A stretch of DNA of 64,000 bases, taken from assembly GCA_963677435.1 (NCBI GenBank), contig OY781945.1, positions 384,001 to 448,000 of the forward strand, in the 5' to 3' direction. The DNA comes from an uncultured Aliarcobacter sp. (lineage in GTDB: Bacteria; Campylobacterota; Campylobacteria; Campylobacterales; Arcobacteraceae). Below are positions 24,607 through 34,250 of the stretch, piece after piece. Below the pieces are notes generated by a model that was not told where the DNA came from, did no database searches, and saw only the letters and a program-made list of their open reading frames with translations. The position numbers and the translations under genes were made by a program. Positions within the stretch are counted from its first letter, which is position 1, and each line of letters starts with the position of its first letter.

Positions 24607-25353
24607 ATGATAAGAAAAATAGATACTAATAGTAATGAATTTTTAAATGAATTTGAATTAACAAAACAGTTTACTGATGAAGTAATATCTAAATATAGTT
24701 TAGTTTATAATCCAGATGAAGAGGTTAATAAATCAATTCAAATGGGACTTACTAGAAATCAAATGATTTATGGTAAAAAATTCTGTCCATGTTTTATGGT
24801 GATAGGACAAACACCATCAGAACAAGAAACAAATGAGAATAGACTTTGTCCATGTACTCCTGCTTTAACTAATGAAATACCATCAAAAGGTTCATGTCAC
24901 TGTGGAATTTTTTGTACGAAAGAGAAAGCATTAGAAATTAGTAAAGATAATAGTTTACATGATGCAGTTGCAACTCATTCCAGAGGTTTGACAAAAGAAG
25001 AATGTGAAAAACTACTTGAAAAAAATGAAGTTAATTCAGTAGAATTAGAGTCTTTATTAGAAGCTAGAGATTTGAATTTTGTTGATTTTAATTTAGTTGA
25101 TACAAGAGAATGGATGGAATGGGTTTCTACTAGAATAAAAGGAACAGATTACTTAATACCTACAACATCATTTTATGATGCCTTAGAGCGAATTATGGAT
25201 AAAAAGAATACACCAGTTGTTGTTTATTGTTTAAGTGGTAGTAGAAGTGCTTATTGTCAAAGAATAATGAAAGATTTAGGTTTCAAATCTGTTGCAAATT
25301 TAGATTATGGAATTTCTTCATATGGTGGAGAAAGAGAAAGTGGTGATATTTAA
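24607..25353 (+). CDS. Ferredoxin:thioredoxin reductase catalytic-subunit domain fused to a rhodanese domain
   Basis: CPC...CPC...CHC motif in the N-half; LVDTREWMEW and VVVYCLSGSRS rhodanese motifs in the C-half. Confidence 0.85.
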   Translation: MIRKIDTNSNEFLNEFELTKQFTDEVISKYSLVYNPDEEVNKSIQMGLTRNQMIYGKKFCPCFMVIGQTPSEQETNENRLCPCTPALTNEIPSKGSCHCGIFCTKEKALEISKDNSLHDAVATHSRGLTKEECEKLLEKNEVNSVELESLLEARDLNFVDFNLVDTREWMEWVSTRIKGTDYLIPTTSFYDALERIMDKKNTPVVVYCLSGSRSAYCQRIMKDLGFKSVANLDYGISSYGGERESGDI

Positions 25354-25371
25354 TATTAATGTATCCTAATT

Positions 25372-26415
25372 TTAGGATACATTATCTTTAAAGTCATCAC
25401 TATATTTTTTTAAAAGTTGCATTATTGATATAAAAAATGTAACCATTGCAGGCCCAATAATCATCCCCCAAAAACCAAATGTTGAAAGTCCAGCTACAAT
25501 TGAGAAAAAGATTAAAAGTTCATTTACTGTTGTGGGTGTTTTAACAACTTTTTGATTTATATATTTAATAATCATTGGTTTTACAAAAGTATCTGCAATT
25601 ACTGAAATTACTACTATAGAATATATTGCAATAACAAGTGCATTTGTTACTGATGTTGTTGCTTCATAGATAACTATTGGAAGCCACATAATAACTCCAC
25701 CTATAACAGGAATTAAAGATGCAAATCCATATAAAACTCCAAAAAGTAATCCATCATAGTTGTAAAAACTAAGAAAGAATCCAAATAAAAATCCTTCAAA
25801 TATTGCAGTAATTAAAAGAGAATATAAAACTACAGTCATTACATTTGATGATTCGTAAAAAAGTATAATTGAATCATCTTTTTTAATCGGTAGTAATTCT
25901 TTTATAAATGTAGCAATAGAGATTGAATATAGAGCAAAGAAAAAATAGAATATTAAAATCAAAACCATATCAATCATGAATTTTGCTGAGTTTTTACCTA
26001 AATATGCACTAATAGATAAAATATTTTCAACAATTTTACTAACATCAATTTTTGAAACAATTTGTGAAAAAATATCTTTCATAAAAATAAAATCATTTGA
26101 ACTATTTTGTATAAATATTTTTATTTGGTTTAAATTTTCAATCAATAGTTGTTTATCAACATGATTGAAAAAATTTGCAAAGGAAAATATGCAGTATAAA
26201 ACAGGAATAAAAAATAGTGCAGCCAATGATATAGTCATAATCGAAACAGCAACTACTCTACTTTTTAATTTATTTTCTAAAAATAATGATATTGAACTTG
26301 TTGCCACCACTAATAAAACAGAAACAATAATTGGTTTTATAAATGGATCAAAAAGCTGAATAATGAAAAAAATCATTACAATAGCAATAGCAATTAGAAA
26401 ATAGGCTGCTTTCAA
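25372..26415 (-). CDS. AI-2E family transporter
   Basis: [31 protein letters not shown]. Confidence 0.9.
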   Translation of the reverse strand: MKAAYFLIAIAIVMIFFIIQLFDPFIKPIIVSVLLVVATSSISLFLENKLKSRVVAVSIMTISLAALFFIPVLYCIFSFANFFNHVDKQLLIENLNQIKIFIQNSSNDFIFMKDIFSQIVSKIDVSKIVENILSISAYLGKNSAKFMIDMVLILIFYFFFALYSISIATFIKELLPIKKDDSIILFYESSNVMTVVLYSLLITAIFEGFLFGFFLSFYNYDGLLFGVLYGFASLIPVIGGVIMWLPIVIYEATTSVTNALVIAIYSIVVISVIADTFVKPMIIKYINQKVVKTPTTVNELLIFFSIVAGLSTFGFWGMIIGPAMVTFFISIMQLLKKYSDDFKDNVS

Positions 26416-27449
26416 AATAATTTTCCTTGTTGTAAATCATCATCTAATTTTTCACTGTTTGGATAAGATAATCTAAACATTTCATATGTTTTTAATGATG
26501 CGATTCTTCCTCTGGCTGTTCTTTCAATATAACCATTTGCAAGTAAGTAAGGTTCAATTGCATCTTCAATTGTTCCCTCATCTTCACTAAGAGCTGCAGC
26601 CATTGTAGAAAGTCCCATTGGTTTTCCTCTATTTGAAACTAGTAATTCAAGAAGATTTATATCCATTTCATCAAAACCACTCTCATTTACACCTAATTCA
26701 TCTAAGGCATATTTACATCTTGAAAGATGAATTAAATTTTCATTTTCAACTTCAGCAAAATCTCTTACTCTTTTTAGAAGTCTAAGGGCAACCCTTGGAG
26801 TTCCTCTACTTCTTCTAGAAATTTCAAAAGCTGCATCATTTTCACAAGATTTTGATAATTTAACTGCTGCTTTTTGAATAATTTTTGATAATTCATCTTG
26901 ATTATAAAATTGCATTCTAAAATGCATACCAAATCTCTCTCTTAAAGGATTTGACAACATACCAGCTCTTGTTGTTGCTCCAATTAAAGTAAATCTTGGT
27001 AAATCAATTTTTACAGTTTGAGCAGCAGGTCCAGAGCCTATGATAATATCTAGTCTGTAGTCTTCCATTGCCGGATATAAAATCTCTTCAACGGTTGGAG
27101 AGAGTCTATGTATTTCATCAATAAATAGAATATCACCCTCTTCAAGATTTGTTAAAATTGCAGCTAAATCACCACTCTTTTCAATCATAGGTCCAGCAGT
27201 TACTTTGATATTTGTATTCATTTCATTTGAAATAAGATAAGAAAGTGTAGTTTTTCCAAGTCCTGGAGGGCCATAAAAAAGAATATGATCTAAAGCTTCT
27301 TTTCTTTTTTTACTAGCTTCAATAAATACTTTTAGATTTTTTTTGATTTTTTCTTGACCAATATAATCATCCCAATTTGATGGTCTTAAACTAATTTCTG
27401 CATTATCTTCTTCAAAAGATACTGACTCAACTTCTACTAATCTTTCCAT
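26412..27449 (-). CDS. ruvB: Holliday junction branch-migration helicase RuvB
   Basis: [29 protein letters not shown]. Confidence 0.98.
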   Translation of the reverse strand: MERLVEVESVSFEEDNAEISLRPSNWDDYIGQEKIKKNLKVFIEASKKRKEALDHILFYGPPGLGKTTLSYLISNEMNTNIKVTAGPMIEKSGDLAAILTNLEEGDILFIDEIHRLSPTVEEILYPAMEDYRLDIIIGSGPAAQTVKIDLPRFTLIGATTRAGMLSNPLRERFGMHFRMQFYNQDELSKIIQKAAVKLSKSCENDAAFEISRRSRGTPRVALRLLKRVRDFAEVENENLIHLSRCKYALDELGVNESGFDEMDINLLELLVSNRGKPMGLSTMAAALSEDEGTIEDAIEPYLLANGYIERTARGRIASLKTYEMFRLSYPNSEKLDDDLQQGKLF

Positions 27450-27454
27450 TTATA

Positions 27455-28264
27455 TTAATACTCTTCTTCTTTTGAAGGAAATGAACTATCTTGAACATCA
27501 TTTCTATATTGATTAACTGCTTCTTTTACCAATGAAGCTCCATCTAAATAGTGTCTTACAAATTTTGGTTTAAACTCTTCAAAAAATCCTAACATGTCTG
27601 ACCAAACTAGAACTTGACCATCAGTTACATTTCCGGCTCCAATTCCAATTATTGGAATATTTACGACCTCAGTGATTTTTTTTGCAACATTGCTCATTAC
27701 ACCCTCAACAACTATTGCAAATGCACCAGCTTTTTCAACTGCAATTGCATCTTCAATTAATTGATTCTCATCCTGATGAGTTTTTCCTCTAACTTTGTAT
27801 CCACCTTCACTTCTAACATATTGTGGCATTAATCCAATATGTCCCATAACTGCAATAGAGTTTGAAGTTAAATGTTTTATAATATCTGCTTTATCTGCTC
27901 CACCTTCAATTTTAACAGCTGCTGCATTTGTTTGTTGATAAACTTTAATGCAATTTTTTAAAGCTTCATCTTTATTTATATAAGTTCCAAATGGCATATC
28001 CATTATTACAAATGATTTTGGTGCACCAGTACAAACAGCATTTGTATGGTAAATCATTTGTTCAAGAGTTGCTGAAAGAGTATCTGGACGACCTGCAAAA
28101 CTCATATTTAAACTATCCCCAACAAGTATCATATCAGCAATTTCTTCAAATAGTTTTGCAAAAAGTGCATCGTATGCAGTAATTACTGTAAGTTTTTTAT
28201 TGTTTTTTGATTTTTTGATTTTAGTTATATTCATTTTTTCAAAATCATTTTTTATAATGCTCAT
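27455..28264 (-). CDS. panB: 3-methyl-2-oxobutanoate hydroxymethyltransferase
   Basis: TAYD, LVGDSL, DMPF, VKIEGG, GHIGLMPQ. Confidence 0.97.
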   Translation of the reverse strand: MSIIKNDFEKMNITKIKKSKNNKKLTVITAYDALFAKLFEEIADMILVGDSLNMSFAGRPDTLSATLEQMIYHTNAVCTGAPKSFVIMDMPFGTYINKDEALKNCIKVYQQTNAAAVKIEGGADKADIIKHLTSNSIAVMGHIGLMPQYVRSEGGYKVRGKTHQDENQLIEDAIAVEKAGAFAIVVEGVMSNVAKKITEVVNIPIIGIGAGNVTDGQVLVWSDMLGFFEEFKPKFVRHYLDGASLVKEAVNQYRNDVQDSSFPSKEEEY

Positions 28265-28430
28265 ATTTTTTCCTAATGACTATTAATAATTTGTATTGAT
28301 TATATCTAAAACTAACTTTTTTAATAAAAATTTTAAGATTTGTAAGAAAAAGGGGATATTTAAAGAACAAGTAAATAACTGTTCTGTTAATATTACTTAT
28401 ATAAAACTCAAGTATTAACAAAGTATTACT

Positions 28431-29843
28431 ATGAACAAAGAAACAAATCTTCAAAATCACTTAGCTGAGCAAACTATTATGTTTGCAAGTATTACAAAAT
28501 GGATTATTTTATCCTCTTTAATTGGTGCACTAATTGGTGCTGTTGTATCTTTATTTTTAAAACTTTTAGAGTATTGTGAAAATTCAAGGAGTTTACTTCC
28601 TTTTGATTATTATTATACTTTGCCTTTTGCTTTAGCAATAACTGTATTTATAGTTAAAAAATTTGCTCCAAGTGCTGAAGGGCATGGAACAGAAAAGGTA
28701 ATTGAGGCTATTCATAAAAATGCTGGAAAAATAAATTTTAGTGTAGTTCCCACAAAACTTTTTGCAACTGTATTAACTATTTTTGCTGGTGGTTCAGTTG
28801 GTAAAGAGGGTCCTGGTGCTCAAATTGGTGCTTCTTTAGCTTCATTTATAGCAATGAAATTGAGATTTTCAAATAGAGATAGAAAAAAAATAGTTATTTG
28901 TGGAATTAGTGCAGGTTTTGCATCTGTTTTTGGAACACCACTAGCTGGTGCTATTTTTGGAGTTGAGATATTAATCGTTGGTGGATTAATGTATGATATT
29001 TTATTACCATCTATAGTTGCTGGTTTTTCTGCTTTTTTTGTGGCAAAAATGTTTGGAATTAACTACACATATTTTTATATTGCATTCTTTTCTAATTTTG
29101 ATTTTAATTATGTATTAATTTCAAAAGTAATTATTGGTGGGATATTTTTTGGTTTAGTTGCAGATTTCATTATTACAACATTACATGAATTACATAAATA
29201 TATTGCAATGATAAAAATCAATTATATTCTAAAAGCATTTTTAGGTGGAGTTCTTATTGTAATTTTGACTTTAATTGTTGGTGATGAATATCTGGGATTA
29301 GGTTTTAATACCATAAAAGATGCCTTGTCCTCTGATGAAATGATTCATGAAAATATTCCTTGGTATACCTTTATTTTAAAAACTGTTTTCACATCATTAA
29401 CTTTAGCTTTTGGTGGAAGTGGAGGAGTTATTACTCCTATTTTTTATGTAGGTGCAACAAGTGGTAACTTCTTTGGATATTTAGTAGATGGATATATTCC
29501 ATTATTTGCTGCGCTTGGATTTGTAAGCGTATTAGCAGGAACTACAAGTGCTCCAATTGCAGCTATGATAATGTCTGTTGAGCTATTTGGAATGGATATT
29601 GGACACTATGCTGCAATATCCATTATAATTGCTTTTTTAATGACAGGACATAGAAGTGTTTTCCCTTCTCAGGTTTTATCTATGAAAAAATCAGAAGCAA
29701 TTGATATAAAATTAGGTGGAGAGTTAGAAAATACTGAAACCACTTATACTACAAGATTTTTTATAAATATGCAAAGAATTATTAAACTAATTATTAGTAG
29801 AAAGAGAAAAAATACTAAAGATAATGAAGACGAGATTAAATAA
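28431..29843 (+). CDS. ClC-family anion channel/antiporter
   Basis: GGSVGKEGP, FGTPLAGAIFGVE, GGSGGVITP. Confidence 0.9.
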   Translation: MNKETNLQNHLAEQTIMFASITKWIILSSLIGALIGAVVSLFLKLLEYCENSRSLLPFDYYYTLPFALAITVFIVKKFAPSAEGHGTEKVIEAIHKNAGKINFSVVPTKLFATVLTIFAGGSVGKEGPGAQIGASLASFIAMKLRFSNRDRKKIVICGISAGFASVFGTPLAGAIFGVEILIVGGLMYDILLPSIVAGFSAFFVAKMFGINYTYFYIAFFSNFDFNYVLISKVIIGGIFFGLVADFIITTLHELHKYIAMIKINYILKAFLGGVLIVILTLIVGDEYLGLGFNTIKDALSSDEMIHENIPWYTFILKTVFTSLTLAFGGSGGVITPIFYVGATSGNFFGYLVDGYIPLFAALGFVSVLAGTTSAPIAAMIMSVELFGMDIGHYAAISIIIAFLMTGHRSVFPSQVLSMKKSEAIDIKLGGELENTETTYTTRFFINMQRIIKLIISRKRKNTKDNEDEIK

Positions 29844-29900
29844 TAGTTTAAAAGAAGATTTTAGATAAAATAAAATAAATTTAAAGAATAGGATAATGAT

Positions 29901-30641
29901 TTGAAAAAATTAGTTGGTTATATAACATCATCTCTTCCAAATAATAATTTTACAATAGATTTGGCATATAGTATGAAAGATGCTGGTGTTGATACTTTAG
30001 AATTAGGTATTCCTTTTTCTGATCCAGTTGCTGATGGACCTGTAATTGAAAAAGCAAATTTAATTGCATTAAATAATGGCTTTAAATTAAAGGATTTATT
30101 TGAAGTTTCTTCAAAAATAGCAAAAGATATTGATACTTTGTGGATGGGATATACAAACCCATTTTATCATTATGGAGTAGAAAAAATCTTAGAAAAAGCA
30201 AGTGAATATAACATTCAAGGAACAATTATTCCTGATCTTCCATATGAAATGGCTCAAGGTTTAGAACCATTATTTACTAAATATAACAAAGCAAATATCT
30301 CTTTTGTTGCACCAACAGATAGCAAAGAAAGAATTAAAACAATTGTTGAAAATTCTAAAAAATTTATTTATATGGTTGCTTATGCTGGAATTACAGGAAG
30401 TGGACAAAAAGAAGATTTATCAAAAATTATAGAAAATGTAAGAGAATATTCTTCTACACCTTTATATATTGGTTTTGGAGTTGATGAAAAAACTTGTAAA
30501 GAAAAAATAATTGGTGTTGATGGGGTAATTGTTGGAAGTGCTTTTGTAAAACATATTATTGATGATAGTTTATCAAATACTGAAAAAATAAAAAGAATCT
30601 CTGCAATTGCAAAAGAGATAAAAGAAAAAATAAACGAATAA
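29901..30641 (+). CDS. trpA: Tryptophan synthase alpha chain
   Basis: LELGIPFSDPVADGPVI, IIPDLP, GITG, GFG, DGVIVGSA. Confidence 0.97.
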   Translation: MKKLVGYITSSLPNNNFTIDLAYSMKDAGVDTLELGIPFSDPVADGPVIEKANLIALNNGFKLKDLFEVSSKIAKDIDTLWMGYTNPFYHYGVEKILEKASEYNIQGTIIPDLPYEMAQGLEPLFTKYNKANISFVAPTDSKERIKTIVENSKKFIYMVAYAGITGSGQKEDLSKIIENVREYSSTPLYIGFGVDEKTCKEKIIGVDGVIVGSAFVKHIIDDSLSNTEKIKRISAIAKEIKEKINE

Positions 30642-30643
30642 CA

Positions 30644-31381
30644 ATGCAGATATTTAATCAAGATATTGAATTTTTAGAAGAGAATAGAAGTTGCTCTTAT
30701 TTTGAAGATAAAATGTCTGATATTAGATATAAATACATTTATTCTTGCTCAACTATTAAATATCAAGAGATGTTAGAGCGAGGTTGGAGAAGATTTGGTC
30801 GAATGCATTTTGTTCCAGAGTGTAAGCTTTGTAATAAATGCGTTTCTATGAGAATAGATGTGGCTAATTATAAATTTTCAAAATCAGAAAAAAGAGTAAT
30901 TGCTAAAAATAAAGATACAAAACTATACATTAGACCCCCTTCTATTACAATGGAACACTTAAATCTTTATGATAAATATCATAGATTTATGAATGATAAA
31001 AAAGATTGGCCTTATACTCCAATTGAACCAGATGATTATTTAAAGTCTTATGTAGAAGCAAAAGAAGAGTTTGCTAAAGAGTTCTTATATGTAAAAGACG
31101 ATAAATTGATTGGAGTTGCCTTAGTCGATATCTTGCCTAATTCAATTTCTGCTATTTATTGTTATTATGATCATTCATATGCAGACTTGTCAATAGGAAA
31201 ATTTTCAATATTAGCACAAATAAAAATTGCAAAAGAGTTGAATATTCCATATATATATTTAGGTTATTGGATTAAAGATCATTTTTCAATGGGATATAAA
31301 GAAGCTTATACCCCTTTTGAAGTATTGAAAAATAGAGCTACTATTGATGAAATACCTCTTTGGGAGAAAAATGAATTATAA
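30644..31381 (+). CDS. Ate/Bpt-family aminoacyl-tRNA-protein transferase
   Basis: CSYF, GWRRFG...P.C..C..C, SAIYCYYD, YIYLGYWI, YK. Confidence 0.88.
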   Translation: MQIFNQDIEFLEENRSCSYFEDKMSDIRYKYIYSCSTIKYQEMLERGWRRFGRMHFVPECKLCNKCVSMRIDVANYKFSKSEKRVIAKNKDTKLYIRPPSITMEHLNLYDKYHRFMNDKKDWPYTPIEPDDYLKSYVEAKEEFAKEFLYVKDDKLIGVALVDILPNSISAIYCYYDHSYADLSIGKFSILAQIKIAKELNIPYIYLGYWIKDHFSMGYKEAYTPFEVLKNRATIDEIPLWEKNEL

Positions 31382-31595
31382 TCTTATGGTGATTATAAGT
31401 ACAATAATTTGTGCTATAATCTCACTGCTTATTAGCTACTATTTAGTCCTGTTTTTTTTAAGTGAGGAAAGTGGTTTTTTTAAAATTGCTCAACTAATAT
31501 TGACTATAGTATCAATGACAACATTTTATGCTCCAATAAAACATATTATTATGAAATATATGAAAATAGAGGAAGAAAGAGAGAAAGATGATTAA
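31371..31595 (+). CDS. Hypothetical 2-TM protein
   Basis: ATG at 31371 after GGAG; two hydrophobic helices. Confidence 0.65.
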   Translation: MNYNLMVIISTIICAIISLLISYYLVLFFLSEESGFFKIAQLILTIVSMTTFYAPIKHIIMKYMKIEEEREKDD

Positions 31596-31953
31596 GTATA
31601 TAAGTTCTTTTTTATTACTTATTAATGTATTATTTGCACAGAACCTTGTACCAAACGAAGAAGAAACAACACAAAATGTACCTTACAATCCAAATGTAGA
31701 TTGTTTAATATTAGAAGATGAAAATTCAATTATATGTAAATTTGAAGTAATAAGAGATGAAAAAGATCAAAATATTATTATAAATTGGGTTAGTCCAACG
31801 GGTGAGATTTCAAGAACAAGAGAGATGGTTATCCCTGCAGGTGATAGTTCAGCTTATGATTATAGATATATTGATGGTAGAGAAAATGGAAAATGGGATT
31901 TTAAAATAACTTATCAAGGTAAAGACTATATCTCACAATTTGAATTGAAGTAA
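31588..31953 (+). CDS. Hypothetical exported beta-rich protein
   Basis: Signal peptide (VLFA|Q), Cys pair, INWVSPTG...GKWDFKI. Confidence 0.7.
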   Translation: MIKYISSFLLLINVLFAQNLVPNEEETTQNVPYNPNVDCLILEDENSIICKFEVIRDEKDQNIIINWVSPTGEISRTREMVIPAGDSSAYDYRYIDGRENGKWDFKITYQGKDYISQFELK

Positions 31954-32046
31954 ATCTTCATTTCTAATTGAAATAATATTAATTAATAAATTTTAGTTGG
32001 AATTTGAATTATTGTATTTTATAAATATAAGTAGTTTTTTAGCAAT

Positions 32047-32083
32047 GCAAGAAACAAAACCCTATAAATAGAGTTTTGCTTTT
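32047..32083 (-). terminator. Terminator downstream of rpsU
   Basis: Minus strand aagcaaaactctat-tt-atagggttttgttt hairpin. Confidence 0.65.
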
Positions 32084-32097
32084 ACAAATCAAAGATC

Positions 32098-32310
32098 TTA
32101 TAATCTTGATTCGTATCTTCTTAACATATATAATCTTTTTAACATTTTCTTTCTAGCAGAAATTTTTTGTTTTTTTCTGATCTCTGTCATCGGCTCGAAA
32201 TATCTTCTTGCTCTTGTTTCAGTTACGATAAGATTTCTATCACATTGTTTCTTAAATCTTCTATAAGCTTCGTCAAAAGATTCGCTATCTTTAACTTTAA
32301 TGCCTGGCAC
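32098..32310 (-). CDS. rpsU: 30S ribosomal protein S21
   Basis: [21 protein letters not shown]...RRYFEP; GTG start at 32310. Confidence 0.96.
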   Translation of the reverse strand: MPGIKVKDSESFDEAYRRFKKQCDRNLIVTETRARRYFEPMTEIRKKQKISARKKMLKRLYMLRRYESRL

Positions 32311-32430
32311 TAAAATCACCCACTTTCTTTTTAAAATTTTTAGGAGCTGATTATATTTAAAGTTTACTTAATCCTTATTTAACTTTAACAAATATTAGAA
32401 TATAATTGATTTTTAATACAAAGGAATATT

Positions 32431-32919
32431 TTGAATTTAACGCACTTAGATGATAATAATAGACCTAAAATGGTTGATGTTTCTGATAAATATGAAACAA
32501 GAAGAGTTGCAATTGCCTCTGGTGAAATTACTATGAGTGATGAAGCATTTGAAGCAATTATTTCAAATAATACAAAAAAAGGCCCAGTTTTACAAACAGC
32601 TGTAATTGCAGCAATCATGGGCGTGAAAAAAACAAGTGATTTAATTCCTATGTGTCATCCTTTATTGTTAAGTGGAATAAATTGTGATGTGGAAGAAAAA
32701 CCTGAGTTACCTGGATTTAAACTAATTGTAACAGCTAAACTAAATGGACAAACTGGTGTTGAAATGGAAGCCTTAACCGGTGTATCTGTTGGATTACTAA
32801 CTATTTATGATATGGTAAAAGCAATAGATAAATCTATGATTATTTCTAATATTCAATTAGAAAAAAAATCAGGTGGGAAAAGTGGTGATTTTATAAGAGA
32901 GGATTTAAATAATGATTGA
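32431..32919 (+). CDS. moaC: Cyclic pyranopterin monophosphate synthase
   Basis: [36 protein letters not shown]. Confidence 0.97.
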   Translation: MNLTHLDDNNRPKMVDVSDKYETRRVAIASGEITMSDEAFEAIISNNTKKGPVLQTAVIAAIMGVKKTSDLIPMCHPLLLSGINCDVEEKPELPGFKLIVTAKLNGQTGVEMEALTGVSVGLLTIYDMVKAIDKSMIISNIQLEKKSGGKSGDFIREDLNND

Positions 32920-33175
32920 TTTAAGTAAAGAAAAATTAGTTTTAAATTACCCATGTTCTTGGGAATATAAATTAGTTGTATTAGAACATATTGATGTACA
33001 TGGAACTGTAAAAGAAGTTGTTTCAAATAGAGAACATAAAGTAAAAGAGTCAAAAGTTAGTAGTAAAGGTAAATATAAAAGTTATACTCTTGAACTTTTG
33101 GTGCATAATGACGATGATAGAACAGAGATTTATAAAATGTTAGGTGACCATTCTAATATTAAAATGGTTTTATAA
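32912..33175 (+). CDS. DUF493/YbeD (HP0495-like) protein
   Basis: [21 protein letters not shown]. Confidence 0.85.
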   Translation: MIDLSKEKLVLNYPCSWEYKLVVLEHIDVHGTVKEVVSNREHKVKESKVSSKGKYKSYTLELLVHNDDDRTEIYKMLGDHSNIKMVL

Positions 33176-33187
33176 TTAATTAGTATC

Positions 33188-33451
33188 TTATTCGTAAGAT
33201 ACTAATTCTTGTTTAAACTTTTCTTGGTTTAATTTTTTACAAGCAACTTTATAGTGTTTTTCAATTGTTTCTTCATCATCTTTTACAAGAGTTTTAATCT
33301 CTTCAATAGATTTTCCTTCTTCAAAAGCTACAAAGATTTTATACTCTTTTTTTGTAAATTTTCTTTTTAAGATTTCTTGTAATTGTTCATCTGATCTTAA
33401 TGTACCAACTAATTTGTCGATATGTTTTAATAGTGATTGTGTAAAGTTCAT
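33188..33451 (-). CDS. Small hypothetical protein with a sigma-region-4-like HTH
   Basis: AAAGGAA RBS; FTKKEYKIFVAFEEGKSIEEIK...EETIEKHYKVACKKL. Confidence 0.7.
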   Translation of the reverse strand: MNFTQSLLKHIDKLVGTLRSDEQLQEILKRKFTKKEYKIFVAFEEGKSIEEIKTLVKDDEETIEKHYKVACKKLNQEKFKQELVSYE

Positions 33452-33461
33452 CTGTTTCCTT

Positions 33462-34250
33462 TTATTTTATTAACCAGTTTTCAACTGATTCTATATCATT
33501 GTAAGAAGTCATATCAAGCATAATTGGTGTAATCGATACATAATTAGCTTTTATTGCTTCAAAGTCGCAATTTTTATTTTCTGATGGTTTCCAAAGTAAT
33601 GGATGTAAACCAATCCAATAATACTCTTCACCTCTTGGATTTAGATGTCTATGAGTATCATTTCCATACTCTCTGAATCCTGCTTTTGTAACTTTTATAC
33701 CATTACATTCCTCAACTTTTATTGGTGGAATATTAACATTTAAAAACTTTCTTTCATCTAATGGAAAATTATTACTTAATATTTTAGAAGCTAATTGAGC
33801 AATTATCTCTTTTGCAAGGGCAAAATCCCAATTATTTTGTATATCTTGACATCTATCCCTACATACTTGTGATATTGCAATTGCAGGAATTCCATGAATT
33901 ACAGCTTCCATTGCAGCTGAAGCTGTTCCACTATATGTAATATCTTCTCCCATATTTGCACCTATATTTATTCCACTAATTACTAAATCAGGTGCATTTC
34001 CTTCTTTGAATAAATCACTTAATGAAATAAATATACAATCCGTTGGACTTCCATCATCAACTTTGTAAAAGTCATCTTCAACACAAACCATTCTTAGAGG
34101 TCTATCAAGTGTAAGAGAGTGACCACAAGCTGATTTATTTTTTGCTGGTGCAACTACAGTTATTTTAGCAACAGGTTTTAAAGCTTCAATTAATGCTTTT
34201 AACCCAACTGCGTCAAAACCATCATCATTTGTTAGTAGGATATGTTTCAT
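33462..34250 (-). CDS. surE: 5'/3'-nucleotidase SurE
   Basis: ILLTNDDG, GSPTDC, SGINIGANMG, YSGT. Confidence 0.97.
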   Translation of the reverse strand: MKHILLTNDDGFDAVGLKALIEALKPVAKITVVAPAKNKSACGHSLTLDRPLRMVCVEDDFYKVDDGSPTDCIFISLSDLFKEGNAPDLVISGINIGANMGEDITYSGTASAAMEAVIHGIPAIAISQVCRDRCQDIQNNWDFALAKEIIAQLASKILSNNFPLDERKFLNVNIPPIKVEECNGIKVTKAGFREYGNDTHRHLNPRGEEYYWIGLHPLLWKPSENKNCDFEAIKANYVSITPIMLDMTSYNDIESVENWLIK

